From an uncultured delta proteobacterium (GTDB lineage Bacteria; Desulfobacterota; Desulfuromonadia; Desulfuromonadales; BM103): a stretch of 64,000 bases of DNA. Each line of letters begins with the position of its first letter. Positions within the stretch are counted from its first letter, which is position 1. The stretch spans positions 32,001 to 96,000 of the forward strand of contig CAVQRZ010000022.1 of the NCBI GenBank assembly GCA_963715335.1. Reading direction: 5' to 3'. The notes beneath the pieces were generated by a model that was given only the letters and a program-made list of their open reading frames with translations, was not told where the DNA came from and ran no database searches. Shown here one piece after another: positions 17,564 to 27,472 of this stretch. The position numbers were made by a program, and so were the translations under genes.

Positions 17564-18286
17564 TTATTCAAGCTCGATTTTTACAACTCTTCGAAAGTAG
17601 GGGCATTGCCCTCTGGCACACTCACGATTTCTCGAAATATCCACGCAGTCTTGTTGCCCGACCGCTTGCGGAAAATTGATGCCGAGCTCCTCGGCGAAAA
17701 ACGCTCTCCCGGTCCTCACGGTTTTTCTCAGGGCGCGTTTGCAGCAACGTGCTTCATCATCGCCACAGTTCAACAAGGCCATGGCCGTTGCACGATGGGC
17801 CATACCGCGGGCCAACCCGGTCACAGGTGTTGCACCTGTGATCATGCTGACTGCAACCCCCATTGAAACGGCGCCGCCGCACGCTCCGTGATAGCCGCAG
17901 GTTCCGCCCGGTATCTGCATACTACGTCGAATCGTTTCCCCAATAAAGTCTCCCGGAAGTTCCACCCCGGCCCGCTCACTGGCCAGTAACAGGGCGAGTC
18001 CGGCCATGGCGTGATGTTCCGGTCCATGCATCGGCAGACCGGGCAGTCTGATCAACTCTTCGAGGATATCTTCCGGGGCGTGCGCCGTCGTTGTCCTTGC
18101 CAGTTCGGGAAGTCTTCTCAGGGCCCGATCGCTGTGACAGGCGTCACAGATGTAATGACCCGCCAGGCAGACAGTGGCACTCTTTTCCGGGCGGCCGCAT
18201 TGCTCGCACCTGACGTCTTCTACCCGTTCGCGATAGACGAGGGACTGTCCGCAAACCATGCAATCTTCAGCTTTATGTCCAGTCAT
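17564..18286 (-). CDS. DUF5714-like Cys-rich protein
   Basis: CMVCG, CEQCG, GHYICDACH, PMHGPEHH, GGTCGYHGACG, RCCKR. Confidence 0.8.
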   Translation of the reverse strand: MTGHKAEDCMVCGQSLVYRERVEDVRCEQCGRPEKSATVCLAGHYICDACHSDRALRRLPELARTTTAHAPEDILEELIRLPGLPMHGPEHHAMAGLALLLASERAGVELPGDFIGETIRRSMQIPGGTCGYHGACGGAVSMGVAVSMITGATPVTGLARGMAHRATAMALLNCGDDEARCCKRALRKTVRTGRAFFAEELGINFPQAVGQQDCVDISRNRECARGQCPYFRRVVKIELE

Positions 18287-18420
18287 GTAACGCTTGTTCC
18301 CGATCTGTATCAAGAGTAGTGCGCGGCCCTGTTGGGTACGCAACCGTGAAAGCCACCATAATTGCATTAAGAAAGCTTGCTGTTAGAATGTAAGAGCTTA
18401 TTAATGATGGAGGTGGCGTA

Positions 18421-19557
18421 ATGGAGCAGATCGTCTTCCGTGAAGACCCGCTGGCCAGGCTCGGTACTGCCTCAACCTATCAGGAACAGCTGGCGGTCGT
18501 CCATGAAGTATTGCAAAAACGCTGTCCGGGGATCGACCGGATCAGTATTGCCCTGTACGATATCAAGACGCACTCCCTGAAAACGTTCATCGCTTCTCCG
18601 ATTGAAGAAAGCCCGCTGAAAAATTACCAAGCCGTTCTGGCTAACGATTCGACGCTGAGCAAGGTCGGCCGCGATTCAACGCCACGGATCGTCAACGACT
18701 TGAGAATTTACGAGGATCATAACTCGGTCCACTCCCGTGCGCTGGTTGGCCATGGGTATGCGTCGAGTTACACTCATCCGATTTACTTCAACCGGGATTT
18801 GTCTGGTTTCGTGTTCTTCAACTCATTCCACAACCGGTATTTCCGGGAGCGTGTCCTGGAACAAGTGGAGGTCTTCGTTCACCTGATCTCGGAAATGATT
18901 ATGAACGATCTTGCGGCAACCCGGGCTCTCGTCGCCGCCATGCGCACATCGGTCGGCATGGTCCAGAAGCACGATCTGGAGACCGGCAGCCATCTGGAGC
19001 GAATGTCTCGTTATGCGCGCCTGATTGCCCGTAGCATGGTTAAAAATGGTGTTGAAATACTCGATGATGAACAGATCGAACAGATTACCTTGTTCTCTCC
19101 GCTACATGATGTCGGCAAGCTCGGTATCCCTGACAGCATTTTGCAGAAACCGGCCCGGCTCAGCAAAGAAGAGCGCCAGGTGATGAATTCTCACACCATG
19201 CTTGGGCGCCAGATTGTTGATGACCTGATCTGCAATTTTGGTTTCGAGCGTATCCCATATATCGATTATCTGCGAAATATCGCCGAACTGCATCACGAGG
19301 CAATGGATGGCAGCGGTTATCCGCACGGGCTGCGCGGTGAGGATATCACTGCCGAGGCGCGCATTATTGCCGTCAGTGATATCTTTGATGCTTTGACAAC
19401 CCACCGACCTTACAAGGAACCCTGGTCAAACGAACACGCTTTTGCCATGCTGCAAATGTTGTCCATTGACAAGCTTGACAAAGGCTGTGTCAGCGCCCTG
19501 GTTGACAACCCGGGCGAAGTTGCAAAGATTCAAGAGCAATTTGCCGAAGTTGCCTGA
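18421..19557 (+). CDS. GAF plus HD-GYP cyclic dinucleotide phosphodiesterase
   Basis: ETGSHLERM, LHDVGK, HHEAMDGSGYP, DIFDALTTHRPYK. Confidence 0.92.
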   Translation: MEQIVFREDPLARLGTASTYQEQLAVVHEVLQKRCPGIDRISIALYDIKTHSLKTFIASPIEESPLKNYQAVLANDSTLSKVGRDSTPRIVNDLRIYEDHNSVHSRALVGHGYASSYTHPIYFNRDLSGFVFFNSFHNRYFRERVLEQVEVFVHLISEMIMNDLAATRALVAAMRTSVGMVQKHDLETGSHLERMSRYARLIARSMVKNGVEILDDEQIEQITLFSPLHDVGKLGIPDSILQKPARLSKEERQVMNSHTMLGRQIVDDLICNFGFERIPYIDYLRNIAELHHEAMDGSGYPHGLRGEDITAEARIIAVSDIFDALTTHRPYKEPWSNEHAFAMLQMLSIDKLDKGCVSALVDNPGEVAKIQEQFAEVA

Positions 19558-19577
19558 AGGACGGATCACGGCATAAA

Positions 19578-19610
19578 AAAAGGCCAACTTCGCATAGAAG
19601 TTGGCCTTTT
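19578..19610. terminator. Bidirectional terminator
   Basis: aaaaggccaacttc-gcata-gaagttggcctttt between convergent genes. Confidence 0.85.
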
Positions 19611-19629
19611 CGTTGGTTTTTTTGTGCGA

Positions 19630-20034
19630 CTACATGCCTTTGGCCGTTGCAGCGAGATCCGTTGATGCAGTCATCTGTGCCGGTTCCGAACGCAGGGCAA
19701 AATCGTAGGTGTCCTTGAGCTTATTGGTGAAGATGGTTCCCAGCCAGAGTGGGCTCCAGACCACACCGGCAGCCAACCAGCGGCCGCGCGCTTCGGCATC
19801 AATTTCGTCGGTTACTACGACAAAATTGACCGGTTCAAAACCGTCCTTGGCGATTGTCACATCATGCTCGGCATTGCTGCTGAGCTTGTAATCGTAAGCG
19901 CACGGAGTGACACCAATCTCCTCACCGTCGATAAAGACCTTTGCGCCCGGCGGGGTTGAGACAAAAGCTGCCTGTTGGGCACAGGCGCTTGTGAAAATAG
20001 CCAGAAGGATAATGATGAACAGTCTTTGGTACAT
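19630..20034 (-). CDS. PEGA domain lipoprotein
   Basis: Lipobox TSAC; STPPGAKVFIDGEEIGVTP. Confidence 0.85.
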   Translation of the reverse strand: MYQRLFIIILLAIFTSACAQQAAFVSTPPGAKVFIDGEEIGVTPCAYDYKLSSNAEHDVTIAKDGFEPVNFVVVTDEIDAEARGRWLAAGVVWSPLWLGTIFTNKLKDTYDFALRSEPAQMTASTDLAATAKGM

Positions 20035-20086
20035 ATTCAAGTCTTTCTCCCCCATACAGTTTAACAACGAATCTAGTTATGATTAC

Positions 20087-20103
20087 AGCAAACGATATGC
20101 CAA
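20087..20103 (-). promoter_or_regulatory. sigma54 promoter
   Basis: Minus strand TTGGCATATCGTTTGCT, strong consensus match upstream of the PEGA gene. Confidence 0.75.
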
Positions 20104-20559
20104 GACTTGGTGTTTCGCCTCATTCGCGTATTTAGACTGCAGATTACGACCATGGAGTTGCAAAGAAGAACCGTTATTACGAGGGTTTATACTACAGAAA
20201 AATTTCAATAGAATTTTCTAACGGTATAATTTAAAACGCTTTTTCATTTTATAATACCGTGTAATGGCTATGTGTGTTGTGATTTCGCCATAACCTATTG
20301 CAGTAAAATATCCACAGTTGACACAAAGATGGCTCACGGGCACAAAGATCTGGGTCTCGAGTCGTTTAAGGCTCCTGATCTTTTGTCGGATTTTACCTCC
20401 AGATGTGTCTGGCAGAGAAGCGAAGGTCATGTTACCATGCCACTCCATGAGCCTAACCTGTCAGGATTGCTAAGGTAACCAGCCAATAATTGATGCAATA
20501 GAACGGCCATCGATAATTTGAGATATTCAGAACTGACTGAGTATAAGGAGGAATGATCC

Positions 20560-21306
20560 ATGTCATGGTTTGGTAAGATTATGGGCGGTAGCGTCGGGTT
20601 CATGCTCGGCGGACCGATCGGCGCCCTGGTCGGCGCATCTCTGGGGCATGCCTTGATTGATGACAAGACCCGTTCCGGTCTCGCTGAATCTGGCAGATTG
20701 ACCGGACAAGAGCAGCGCCAGACGGTTTTCTTTACCGCGACTTTTGCCATGCTTGGCAAGATGGCCAAAGCTGATGGTCGGGTTTGCGAGAATGAGCTCA
20801 GCGTTGTGCGCAGCTTCATGCACGACAAGTTGCGGCTTGACGGCCCGGCCCAGCAATTCGCAATCAGTGTTTTCAACGAGGCCAAAGATAACAGCACTTC
20901 GTTCGAGGCGTACGCGCAGCAGTTCGGTCAAGTTTTTCATCGCGAACCGCAATTGCGCATGATGTTTTTCGAGATGCTCTTCACCATGGCGCTTGCGGAC
21001 GGGGTCCTGCATCCATCGGAAGAGAGAATCCTGCGTGCCGCGCCGGGACTTCTCGGTTTGCAAAGTGATGTTTTTGACACGGTTAAACGGCAGTTTGTCA
21101 ACGACCTCTCCCACCACTACGCAGTGCTTGGCCTGAAGAATGACGCAGAGATGGGTGAAGTAAAAAAAGCTTATCGCAAGCTGGTCAGCGAATATCACCC
21201 TGACAAGATTGTTTCCAAGGGCCTCCCTGAGGATTTTATCAAATTTGCGGAAGAGAAATTCCGCGAGATCAACCAGGCGTATGAGGCAATCCAGAAGAAG
21301 AAGTAA
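20560..21306 (+). CDS. djlA: Co-chaperone DjlA (TerB-like plus DnaJ domain)
   Basis: GGPIGALVG N-terminus, MAKADGRV, J-domain YHPDK. Confidence 0.9.
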   Translation: MSWFGKIMGGSVGFMLGGPIGALVGASLGHALIDDKTRSGLAESGRLTGQEQRQTVFFTATFAMLGKMAKADGRVCENELSVVRSFMHDKLRLDGPAQQFAISVFNEAKDNSTSFEAYAQQFGQVFHREPQLRMMFFEMLFTMALADGVLHPSEERILRAAPGLLGLQSDVFDTVKRQFVNDLSHHYAVLGLKNDAEMGEVKKAYRKLVSEYHPDKIVSKGLPEDFIKFAEEKFREINQAYEAIQKKK

Positions 21307-21340
21307 AAGCCGCCCTGTTCTCCTGGATCGAGTGATATTT

Positions 21341-21907
21341 ATGAGCTATGGCATTAGCAGAGAAGAAGCTTTGAAACTGGTCAGACAGCACGTCGGGTCG
21401 CCGAACATGTACAACCATTGCCTGGCCGCAGAAGCTGTAATGCGGACGCTGGCAGAGAAGGTCGGCGAGGACCCCGAGAAGTGGGGGCTTGCCGGATTGC
21501 TGCATGACCTGGATGCCGAGTCTCATACCGATCTGGATGTACATACCCGGGAGACGGCGCGGATTCTTCAGGAAAGAGGAGTCGATGCGGAAATAGTCGA
21601 TGCGGTTCGTCTGCATAACGAGCAGGCTCACCCGGGAGAAAAGCGTAGCACGCAGTTCCAGCATCTGCTGGCGGCAGGGGAAACGATTACCGGATTGATT
21701 GTTGCAACGGCCCTCGTTTATCCCGACAGGAAATTGAACAGCGTCAAGCCGAAGTCAGTTCGTAAAAGAATCAAAGAGAAAGCTTTTGCTGCCGGTGCCA
21801 ACCGCGAGATCATCCGCGAATGCGAGGTTGGCGGTATTCCTCTGGACGAGTTTTGCACCCTCTCACTGGAAGCGATGCAGGGGATTGCCGACGAACTGGG
21901 CTTGTAG
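21341..21907 (+). CDS. HDIG/HD domain protein
   Basis: HCLAAEAVM, GLLHDLD, KAFAAGANRE. Confidence 0.85.
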   Translation: MSYGISREEALKLVRQHVGSPNMYNHCLAAEAVMRTLAEKVGEDPEKWGLAGLLHDLDAESHTDLDVHTRETARILQERGVDAEIVDAVRLHNEQAHPGEKRSTQFQHLLAAGETITGLIVATALVYPDRKLNSVKPKSVRKRIKEKAFAAGANREIIRECEVGGIPLDEFCTLSLEAMQGIADELGL

Positions 21908-22133
21908 GAGAGCCGCTGTCGGGTTATAACAGCGTGACCCGCAAGAAAAGCAGATCAGGGAGCGTTACCGGAAGCGAAACCTGTTGGCAACGGAAATGGA
22001 CATCCATGCTGTTATGAAGAGTCGCAGCTGCCCGGCTTTTTCAGTTGCCCTGAGACCTGCTTGGAAAAAGACCAACGCGCAACAGACATTGGATAAAAAC
22101 AAGCGGAAATAAATCCGAAAAGGAAATTTGTAG

Positions 22134-22862
22134 ATGCGTACATCAAACCCGATGATGAAGGAAAGTGTTTTCACGCAGGCGATAGCCGGTGCCGGAACAA
22201 TGACCCTGCAAGGAGCGGTGAACAAGACTATCGCCCTGCTGGCTCTGGTCGTGATCGGTGCCAGCTACACCTGGAACCTGTTTTACAACCAGGGACCCGA
22301 AGCTGTTCAGCCGTGGATGATAGGCGGCCTGATCGGGGGCTTTGTCTTCGCCATGATCACAATTTTCAAGGCGGACTGGGCGCCTAAAACGGCACCGGTA
22401 TATGCAGTTCTCGAGGGTCTTGCCCTCGGCGGCATTTCCGCGTTCTTTGAAACACGTTTCCCGGGGATTGTCATACAGGCTGTTGGCCTGACCTTCGGCA
22501 CCCTGTTCGCTCTGCTGTTCGCCTATAAGGCTCGCCTGATCAGGGCCACAGAGAACTTCAAACTGGGCGTTTTTGCCGCGACCGGCGGCATCGCTGTCGT
22601 CTACCTGATCAGTTTTGTCGGCCGCATGTTCGGTTGGCAGATGCCGGTGATTCATGAGTCCGGGCCAATGGGCATCCTGTTCAGCCTGTTTGTGGTCGTT
22701 GTGGCCGCGTTAAACCTGGTGCTCGATTTTGACTTCATCGAGCGTGGTGACGGTGTCGCGCCCCGTTACATGGAGTGGTACGCCGCTTTTGGCCTGATTC
22801 TGACGCTGGTCTGGTTATACCTGGAGCTGTTGAGGTTGTTGTCAAAATTGAAGGACAGGTAA
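22134..22862 (+). CDS. Bax inhibitor-1/YccA family membrane protein
   Basis: MRTSNP, LVLDFDFIE, EWYAAFGLILTLVWLYLELLRLL. Confidence 0.9.
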   Translation: MRTSNPMMKESVFTQAIAGAGTMTLQGAVNKTIALLALVVIGASYTWNLFYNQGPEAVQPWMIGGLIGGFVFAMITIFKADWAPKTAPVYAVLEGLALGGISAFFETRFPGIVIQAVGLTFGTLFALLFAYKARLIRATENFKLGVFAATGGIAVVYLISFVGRMFGWQMPVIHESGPMGILFSLFVVVVAALNLVLDFDFIERGDGVAPRYMEWYAAFGLILTLVWLYLELLRLLSKLKDR

Positions 22863-22887
22863 TCACTGCAGCGGTTGCGTGACAGAC

Positions 22888-22915
22888 AAAGGGCCGGAGT
22901 CTTCTCCGGCCCTTT
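22888..22915. terminator. Bidirectional terminator
   Basis: aaagggccggag-tctt-ctccggcccttt. Confidence 0.8.
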
Positions 22916-22956
22916 TCAGGTGGTGTGAAAAAATGCTTTTTGACAGAGCCTGTTGC

Positions 22957-23187
22957 TCAGTGAATCGTCGAAGCCATCGCCTCAACTTCATTCTCCAGCA
23001 TGCGCCGCGCATGCTCGGTAAATGACGATCCCATCAAGGTAACAAATTCACTGGAATCCACTATTGCAAAGCGCTGTGCAAGGGGGATTTTGCTCCAGAG
23101 TTCAGTGTTCTCCAGAAGTGCCACGATCTGCTGGCGCTCAAAGATCAGTGACTGCAGGTTAGTAATATCGATGAATATCTTTTCCAT
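22957..23187 (-). CDS. Small hypothetical protein (76 aa)
   Basis: AAGGGG RBS, sigma54-like promoter upstream, terminator downstream. Confidence 0.6.
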   Translation of the reverse strand: MEKIFIDITNLQSLIFERQQIVALLENTELWSKIPLAQRFAIVDSSEFVTLMGSSFTEHARRMLENEVEAMASTIH

Positions 23188-23262
23188 GACAACCCCCTTG
23201 CTTGTCTGGTCTGGCGGTAAATCCGGCCGGGGCAAAGATTCTTTACCCGTACTGGCTTTAAT

Positions 23263-23279
23263 AGCAAAAGCTGTTCCCA
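23263..23279 (-). promoter_or_regulatory. sigma54 promoter candidate
   Basis: Minus strand TGGGAACAGCTTTTGCT (GG-N10-GC). Confidence 0.5.
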
Positions 23280-23546
23280 ACCAGAGGCCTCCTGGAATTT
23301 TTTTTTGAAGATAGATAAAAAACCTTTGTTTTCAGTAATCTTAAAGATTGTATTGATGGCGATGTCACCCTCAGGGATGAGCCTTTAACCCAGATCGGTT
23401 ACATTTTTTGCCAGAAAATTGCGCAAATAGTGCATGATCCGTTGTTGTTGACAATTAATTGTTGCCGTGCCAACAGACGCTTAATGTGAGGGCCAAAGAA
23501 AAAGGCCGAAGGCTTTGCGCGGCAAGAAGTTTGGGTGCACTGCTCT

Positions 23547-24374
23547 TCAGTGGAGATATTCCTCAACCCCTGTCAACCCCTCAAGGGCTCCACAGGGCAG
23601 TGAGATATGTCCGCCTGAAATATGTGCTTCCCGCGGGTTGATGCGTATGACCGTGGCGCCGAAACGTTGTCCAATCCTTTCACTCATGTAGCGGATCGTT
23701 GGGATCGCTGTACCGGCGCCCATCTCGATAACCACGATCGGCTCATTCTGGTGCTGGGCGAGGAAGCTGTCAAAGCGCATTTCCTGTCCGCGGGTCCGGT
23801 CGGAAAGCCAGGAATAATCGCCGAACATCAGGATGTTGGGACGCGCCGGCTGGCTGCAATTGCGGCATCCCGGAACATGTTGGGCACGCATCGAATCAAG
23901 GTCCACAGGAATCGTTTCGTCATTGTCCCAGATATCGTTGCCGCAAGGCGAAAGACACTGCAGGTGATGGATTGAGCCATGGACCTCGAGGAGCTGGTCT
24001 TCGCGGTAGCCTGCTTTCTGGAACTGTCCATCGACATTGGAGGTGACGACGAAGCTGTCCTGACCGAACTCGTCGGACCAGCCCTGCAACATATGGAAGC
24101 CACGATGCGGCTCCGTTCCCCGGTAGAGGTTGGTCCGATGACCGTAGAACCCCCAACCAAAGGCCGGGTCGCCTTCGAAGTTGGCCGGATTGGCGGCGCC
24201 GACGAAGTTGATGCCGAGCCGCTCGTACATCGGGTAGGCATTCCAGAACCCCTGGTCACCGCGGAAATCAGGCAGCCCTGAATCCACTCCCATGCCCGCC
24301 CCGGCGGTGACGACCATGGCTTTGGCGCGCTTGATGGCTCCGGCGGCTTTTGCGAAACGTTCAGAAAGGTTCAT
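23547..24374 (-). CDS. Sir2 family NAD-dependent deacylase
   Basis: AGAGMGVDSGLPDFRG, TSNVDGQF, HGS, RPNILMF. Confidence 0.92.
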   Translation of the reverse strand: MNLSERFAKAAGAIKRAKAMVVTAGAGMGVDSGLPDFRGDQGFWNAYPMYERLGINFVGAANPANFEGDPAFGWGFYGHRTNLYRGTEPHRGFHMLQGWSDEFGQDSFVVTSNVDGQFQKAGYREDQLLEVHGSIHHLQCLSPCGNDIWDNDETIPVDLDSMRAQHVPGCRNCSQPARPNILMFGDYSWLSDRTRGQEMRFDSFLAQHQNEPIVVIEMGAGTAIPTIRYMSERIGQRFGATVIRINPREAHISGGHISLPCGALEGLTGVEEYLH

Positions 24375-24428
24375 GATCTTCTCCGTCGATGAATTGCGCA
24401 GTGTGAATGGTGAAACACTCGTATGGTT

Positions 24429-24914
24429 TTATTTTATTCCAACCTCCACGATTGTCGGTGCCAAGACGGCGATCACTGCGTGCGGTGACAGCTCGATCAG
24501 GAAGCCACGTTTGCCGCCGTTGATGTAGATGGTTTGAAGCTCCAGAATCGTTTTCTCCATGTAGACGGGCAATCCCTTGCGGGTGGCAAAGGGTGAGGTT
24601 CCGCCTACCTGATAGCCGGTATGCTTCTCGGCCGTGTCTGCGTCACAGGGGGAGATCGTCTTCGCGCCGATTGTTCTGGCCAGCGATTTGGTGGAGACTT
24701 CCTGATCGCCGTGCATCAGGACGAGCAGGGGCTTGCGGTGTTCATCTTCCATCACCAGGGTTTTTACGACAAGGTGTTCGTCAACCTGTAGTTCACGTGC
24801 TGAAACGGTTGTCCCGCCGCGTTCCTCGTAAGTATAAATACGCGGTGTATAATCGATTTTTGCCTGCTTGAGCATTCTCGTCGCAGGAGTTACTGGTGTT
24901 TTGTCTTTCCCCAT
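24429..24914 (-). CDS. ybaK: Cys-tRNA(Pro) deacylase
   Basis: VVKTLV, TGYQVGGTSPF, INGGKRG. Confidence 0.9.
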   Translation of the reverse strand: MGKDKTPVTPATRMLKQAKIDYTPRIYTYEERGGTTVSARELQVDEHLVVKTLVMEDEHRKPLLVLMHGDQEVSTKSLARTIGAKTISPCDADTAEKHTGYQVGGTSPFATRKGLPVYMEKTILELQTIYINGGKRGFLIELSPHAVIAVLAPTIVEVGIK

Positions 24915-24943
24915 TGCCTCATCCTGTCCAATTGACCCTTGGC

Positions 24944-25756
24944 CTAAAACCAGTTCCCCACCATCATCAAAAGGCTGATAACCGTCAACAGCGTGCAGAT
25001 CATGCCGAGACCATTGAAGAATGGCCGCATGACCTGTCGTCCGCGGATACCGATCGGCATGATCAGCCCGAGCAGTGCTCCGCCAACCGCACCACCGAGA
25101 TGGCCGGCGTTGTCTGCGCCGACCAGCAGGCCAAAGACAAAGGCAATCGCTGCCCAGCGCAACATGAAATTACGATAGTTATGCGCCATGGCGCCGCCGA
25201 CACGATGAAAGTAGGAAATTGCAAAACCGATCAGTCCAAACAGGGAGCCCGAAGCCCCGACGACGGTCACCCACTGCTTGATATAGAGGATCTGCCAGGC
25301 AAATCCGGCAACGGTGGCCGTGAGTGCCGTCAGGACGTAGAGGATGACGAACCGGACGGTACCGATCTCTTCTTCGATCATCGGCCCGATCTGGTACAGG
25401 ACCATCATATTGAAGCCCAGGTGAATCAGACCGCCATGGGCGAAGGCATAGGTGATACAGCGCCACCATTCACCTTCGGCCAGAACCAGCGGCCAGTACT
25501 GGGCTCCGGAGTGGATCAGCAGGTAACTGTTTGGACTGAAGAGGGTTGAAAAGCCCAATCCTCCAACTATGCCCTGTACAGTCATAATGCAGAAGAGCAC
25601 CAGGTTGGTAGCAAGAAGAATCTTGGTTGCTGACCAGTTGCCGCTGGTAACGTTTCCAGCACGAAGATTGTGCAGGTTGCGTTGCCACTTCATGATGCGC
25701 CACTGCCAACGTGTGCCGTTCATACCGAGGTGATCAAAAAAGCTCTTCCAGTCCAT
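24944..25756 (-). CDS. Rhomboid intramembrane serine protease
   Basis: EWWR, HLGFNM, GASG, DNAGHLGG. Confidence 0.92.
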   Translation of the reverse strand: MDWKSFFDHLGMNGTRWQWRIMKWQRNLHNLRAGNVTSGNWSATKILLATNLVLFCIMTVQGIVGGLGFSTLFSPNSYLLIHSGAQYWPLVLAEGEWWRCITYAFAHGGLIHLGFNMMVLYQIGPMIEEEIGTVRFVILYVLTALTATVAGFAWQILYIKQWVTVVGASGSLFGLIGFAISYFHRVGGAMAHNYRNFMLRWAAIAFVFGLLVGADNAGHLGGAVGGALLGLIMPIGIRGRQVMRPFFNGLGMICTLLTVISLLMMVGNWF

Positions 25757-25835
25757 GTATATCCTTATGCATCAGCCATGGCCGGCTTGATGTCTGTCAG
25801 CCCGGACGGCCCGGTCTGATGTTGCGCTGGTCATA

Positions 25836-26462
25836 TTATCTCTCGACGGTCACCAGTTTCAATGCCAGTCCGACAAAGACCGTTCCGGCGACCCAGTTCA
25901 TGATCTTCTGAGCACGCTCGTACCGGTTCAGCCAGTCACCCAGCGCACCACCGATTAATGCCACAGAGCCGAATACAAAGATCGTTGCCAAAATGAATAT
26001 GCCGCCGAGGGCGACCATTTGCAGGCTGATGGACCCACGTTGCGGGTCAGCGAATTGAGGCAGGAAAGCAAGAAAGAAGATGGAGACCTTCGGATTGGTG
26101 ACGTTCATGATGATTCCACGCCGATAAAGGCCGCCGAGACTTTTGGGCTGCCCGCGGTACATGCTGATTTTCTCCGGGGTTGCTCGAAACGCATGCCAGG
26201 CCAGGAAAACCAGGTAACCGGCTCCGATGAGTTTCAGCAGGGTGAAGGCGATGGCCGAGGCCTGAAAGATAACGGCAACTCCGAAAGCAACTGCGCCGGT
26301 ATGTGCCAGGAGTCCGGTGCACAGGCCGAAAACAACCGTGAGCCCGGAGAGTTTGCCATGCAGTGCGGACTGGGTCAGGACGAAAATGTTGTCCGGCCCC
26401 GGGGCAACGGCCAGTAATGTGGAAGCGATAAAGAACGCTGCGATGGTTTCAGTAGTGAGCAT
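25836..26462 (-). CDS. LysE/RhtB family translocator
   Basis: APGPDN, NPK, FFLAFLPQF. Confidence 0.92.
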   Translation of the reverse strand: MLTTETIAAFFIASTLLAVAPGPDNIFVLTQSALHGKLSGLTVVFGLCTGLLAHTGAVAFGVAVIFQASAIAFTLLKLIGAGYLVFLAWHAFRATPEKISMYRGQPKSLGGLYRRGIIMNVTNPKVSIFFLAFLPQFADPQRGSISLQMVALGGIFILATIFVFGSVALIGGALGDWLNRYERAQKIMNWVAGTVFVGLALKLVTVER

Positions 26463-26474
26463 GGTTTCTTCCTG

Positions 26475-27107
26475 TTATCCGCCGCTGGAACCCAAAACCT
26501 TAATGCCGAGTGTCACCATTGCAGCACCGAATGCTCTGTCTATCCAGTGTCCGGCTTTCAATAGTCGGCCGCGGACTATCTCTTTAGTCATTAAAAATGC
26601 CAGGGTTGTGAACCAGATCATCTGTAACAGCATAATCCAGCAACCATAGCTCGCCAGAGTCGGTAAGGGCATGTCGGGAGAGAGTACCACAGTAAAGAGT
26701 GAGAGAAAATAGATGGGTGCTTTCGGATTGAGCGCATTGCAGAAGAATCCGGTTACCACGTGGCGTAGCGGCGAGCCTTGACTCGAGATGTTTACAACAC
26801 TCTGGAAATCTTCGTTTTGCCGTTTTGCACGAAGCCCCTTGAGGCCAAGGAAGATCAGGTAGATTCCCCCGGCAATTTTTATGAGAGTCATCCACTCGGC
26901 AGAATGGGCAACGACAGCAGCCAAACCTGCGGTCGAGTAGAGGATGTGCACCGACAATCCGAGGGAGATGCCAAGACTGGTCCATATCCCGGCTTTGCGA
27001 CCATGCAGGAGTGATTGCCTTGTCACCAGGGCAAAGTCGGGTCCCGGGGAAGCGGCCGCAAGTAAGTGGACGACCGTGACGATAATGAAACCTTGCCAGA
27101 AATCCAT
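26475..27107 (-). CDS. LysE/RhtB family translocator
   Basis: SPGPDF, NALNPKA. Confidence 0.92.
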   Translation of the reverse strand: MDFWQGFIIVTVVHLLAAASPGPDFALVTRQSLLHGRKAGIWTSLGISLGLSVHILYSTAGLAAVVAHSAEWMTLIKIAGGIYLIFLGLKGLRAKRQNEDFQSVVNISSQGSPLRHVVTGFFCNALNPKAPIYFLSLFTVVLSPDMPLPTLASYGCWIMLLQMIWFTTLAFLMTKEIVRGRLLKAGHWIDRAFGAAMVTLGIKVLGSSGG

Positions 27108-27472
27108 GGATTTTTTCGAATCCTGTCAAGCGGGGCTTCGGCAGCTGCCCGAGGGTGATCGAGCAAGCATCTGCTCCGGCAAAGAGTTGCCTGGACCCTT
27201 GTTGGTAGACTGCCTGGAAACGTCAGGAGCCAGGCGGTCCGGCAAATTGGCAATTATCATAACGCCGTATGACTGTGCATGCAAGCCTCGAGAATTACAG
27301 GTAATTGGGTTTAAAATTAGCTCTTGCCACAATTATTATCCGCACCGTCACAAAGATCCGGGCACTCTTCGTCGATATGAAAAAGGCTGGGGAAGAGATT
27401 AATTCTTGAATATGATTTGCGAAATCCGGGTAGGTTGTCTAACATTGTAAATCCAAGGTATGCGGGAGCGTT

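Noticed and set aside
18130..18160. c-type heme site (CDACH) in the DUF5714-like protein
   Set aside because: No signal peptide; part of a Cys-rich zinc-finger-like array
18421..19557. cGAMP-specific phosphodiesterase
   Set aside because: It carries the ordinary RxxK (RPYK) motif, so specificity cannot be inferred
27120..27260. Riboswitch upstream of the LysE genes
   Set aside because: Only a GCCGAA-like end and isolated hairpins; no known consensus
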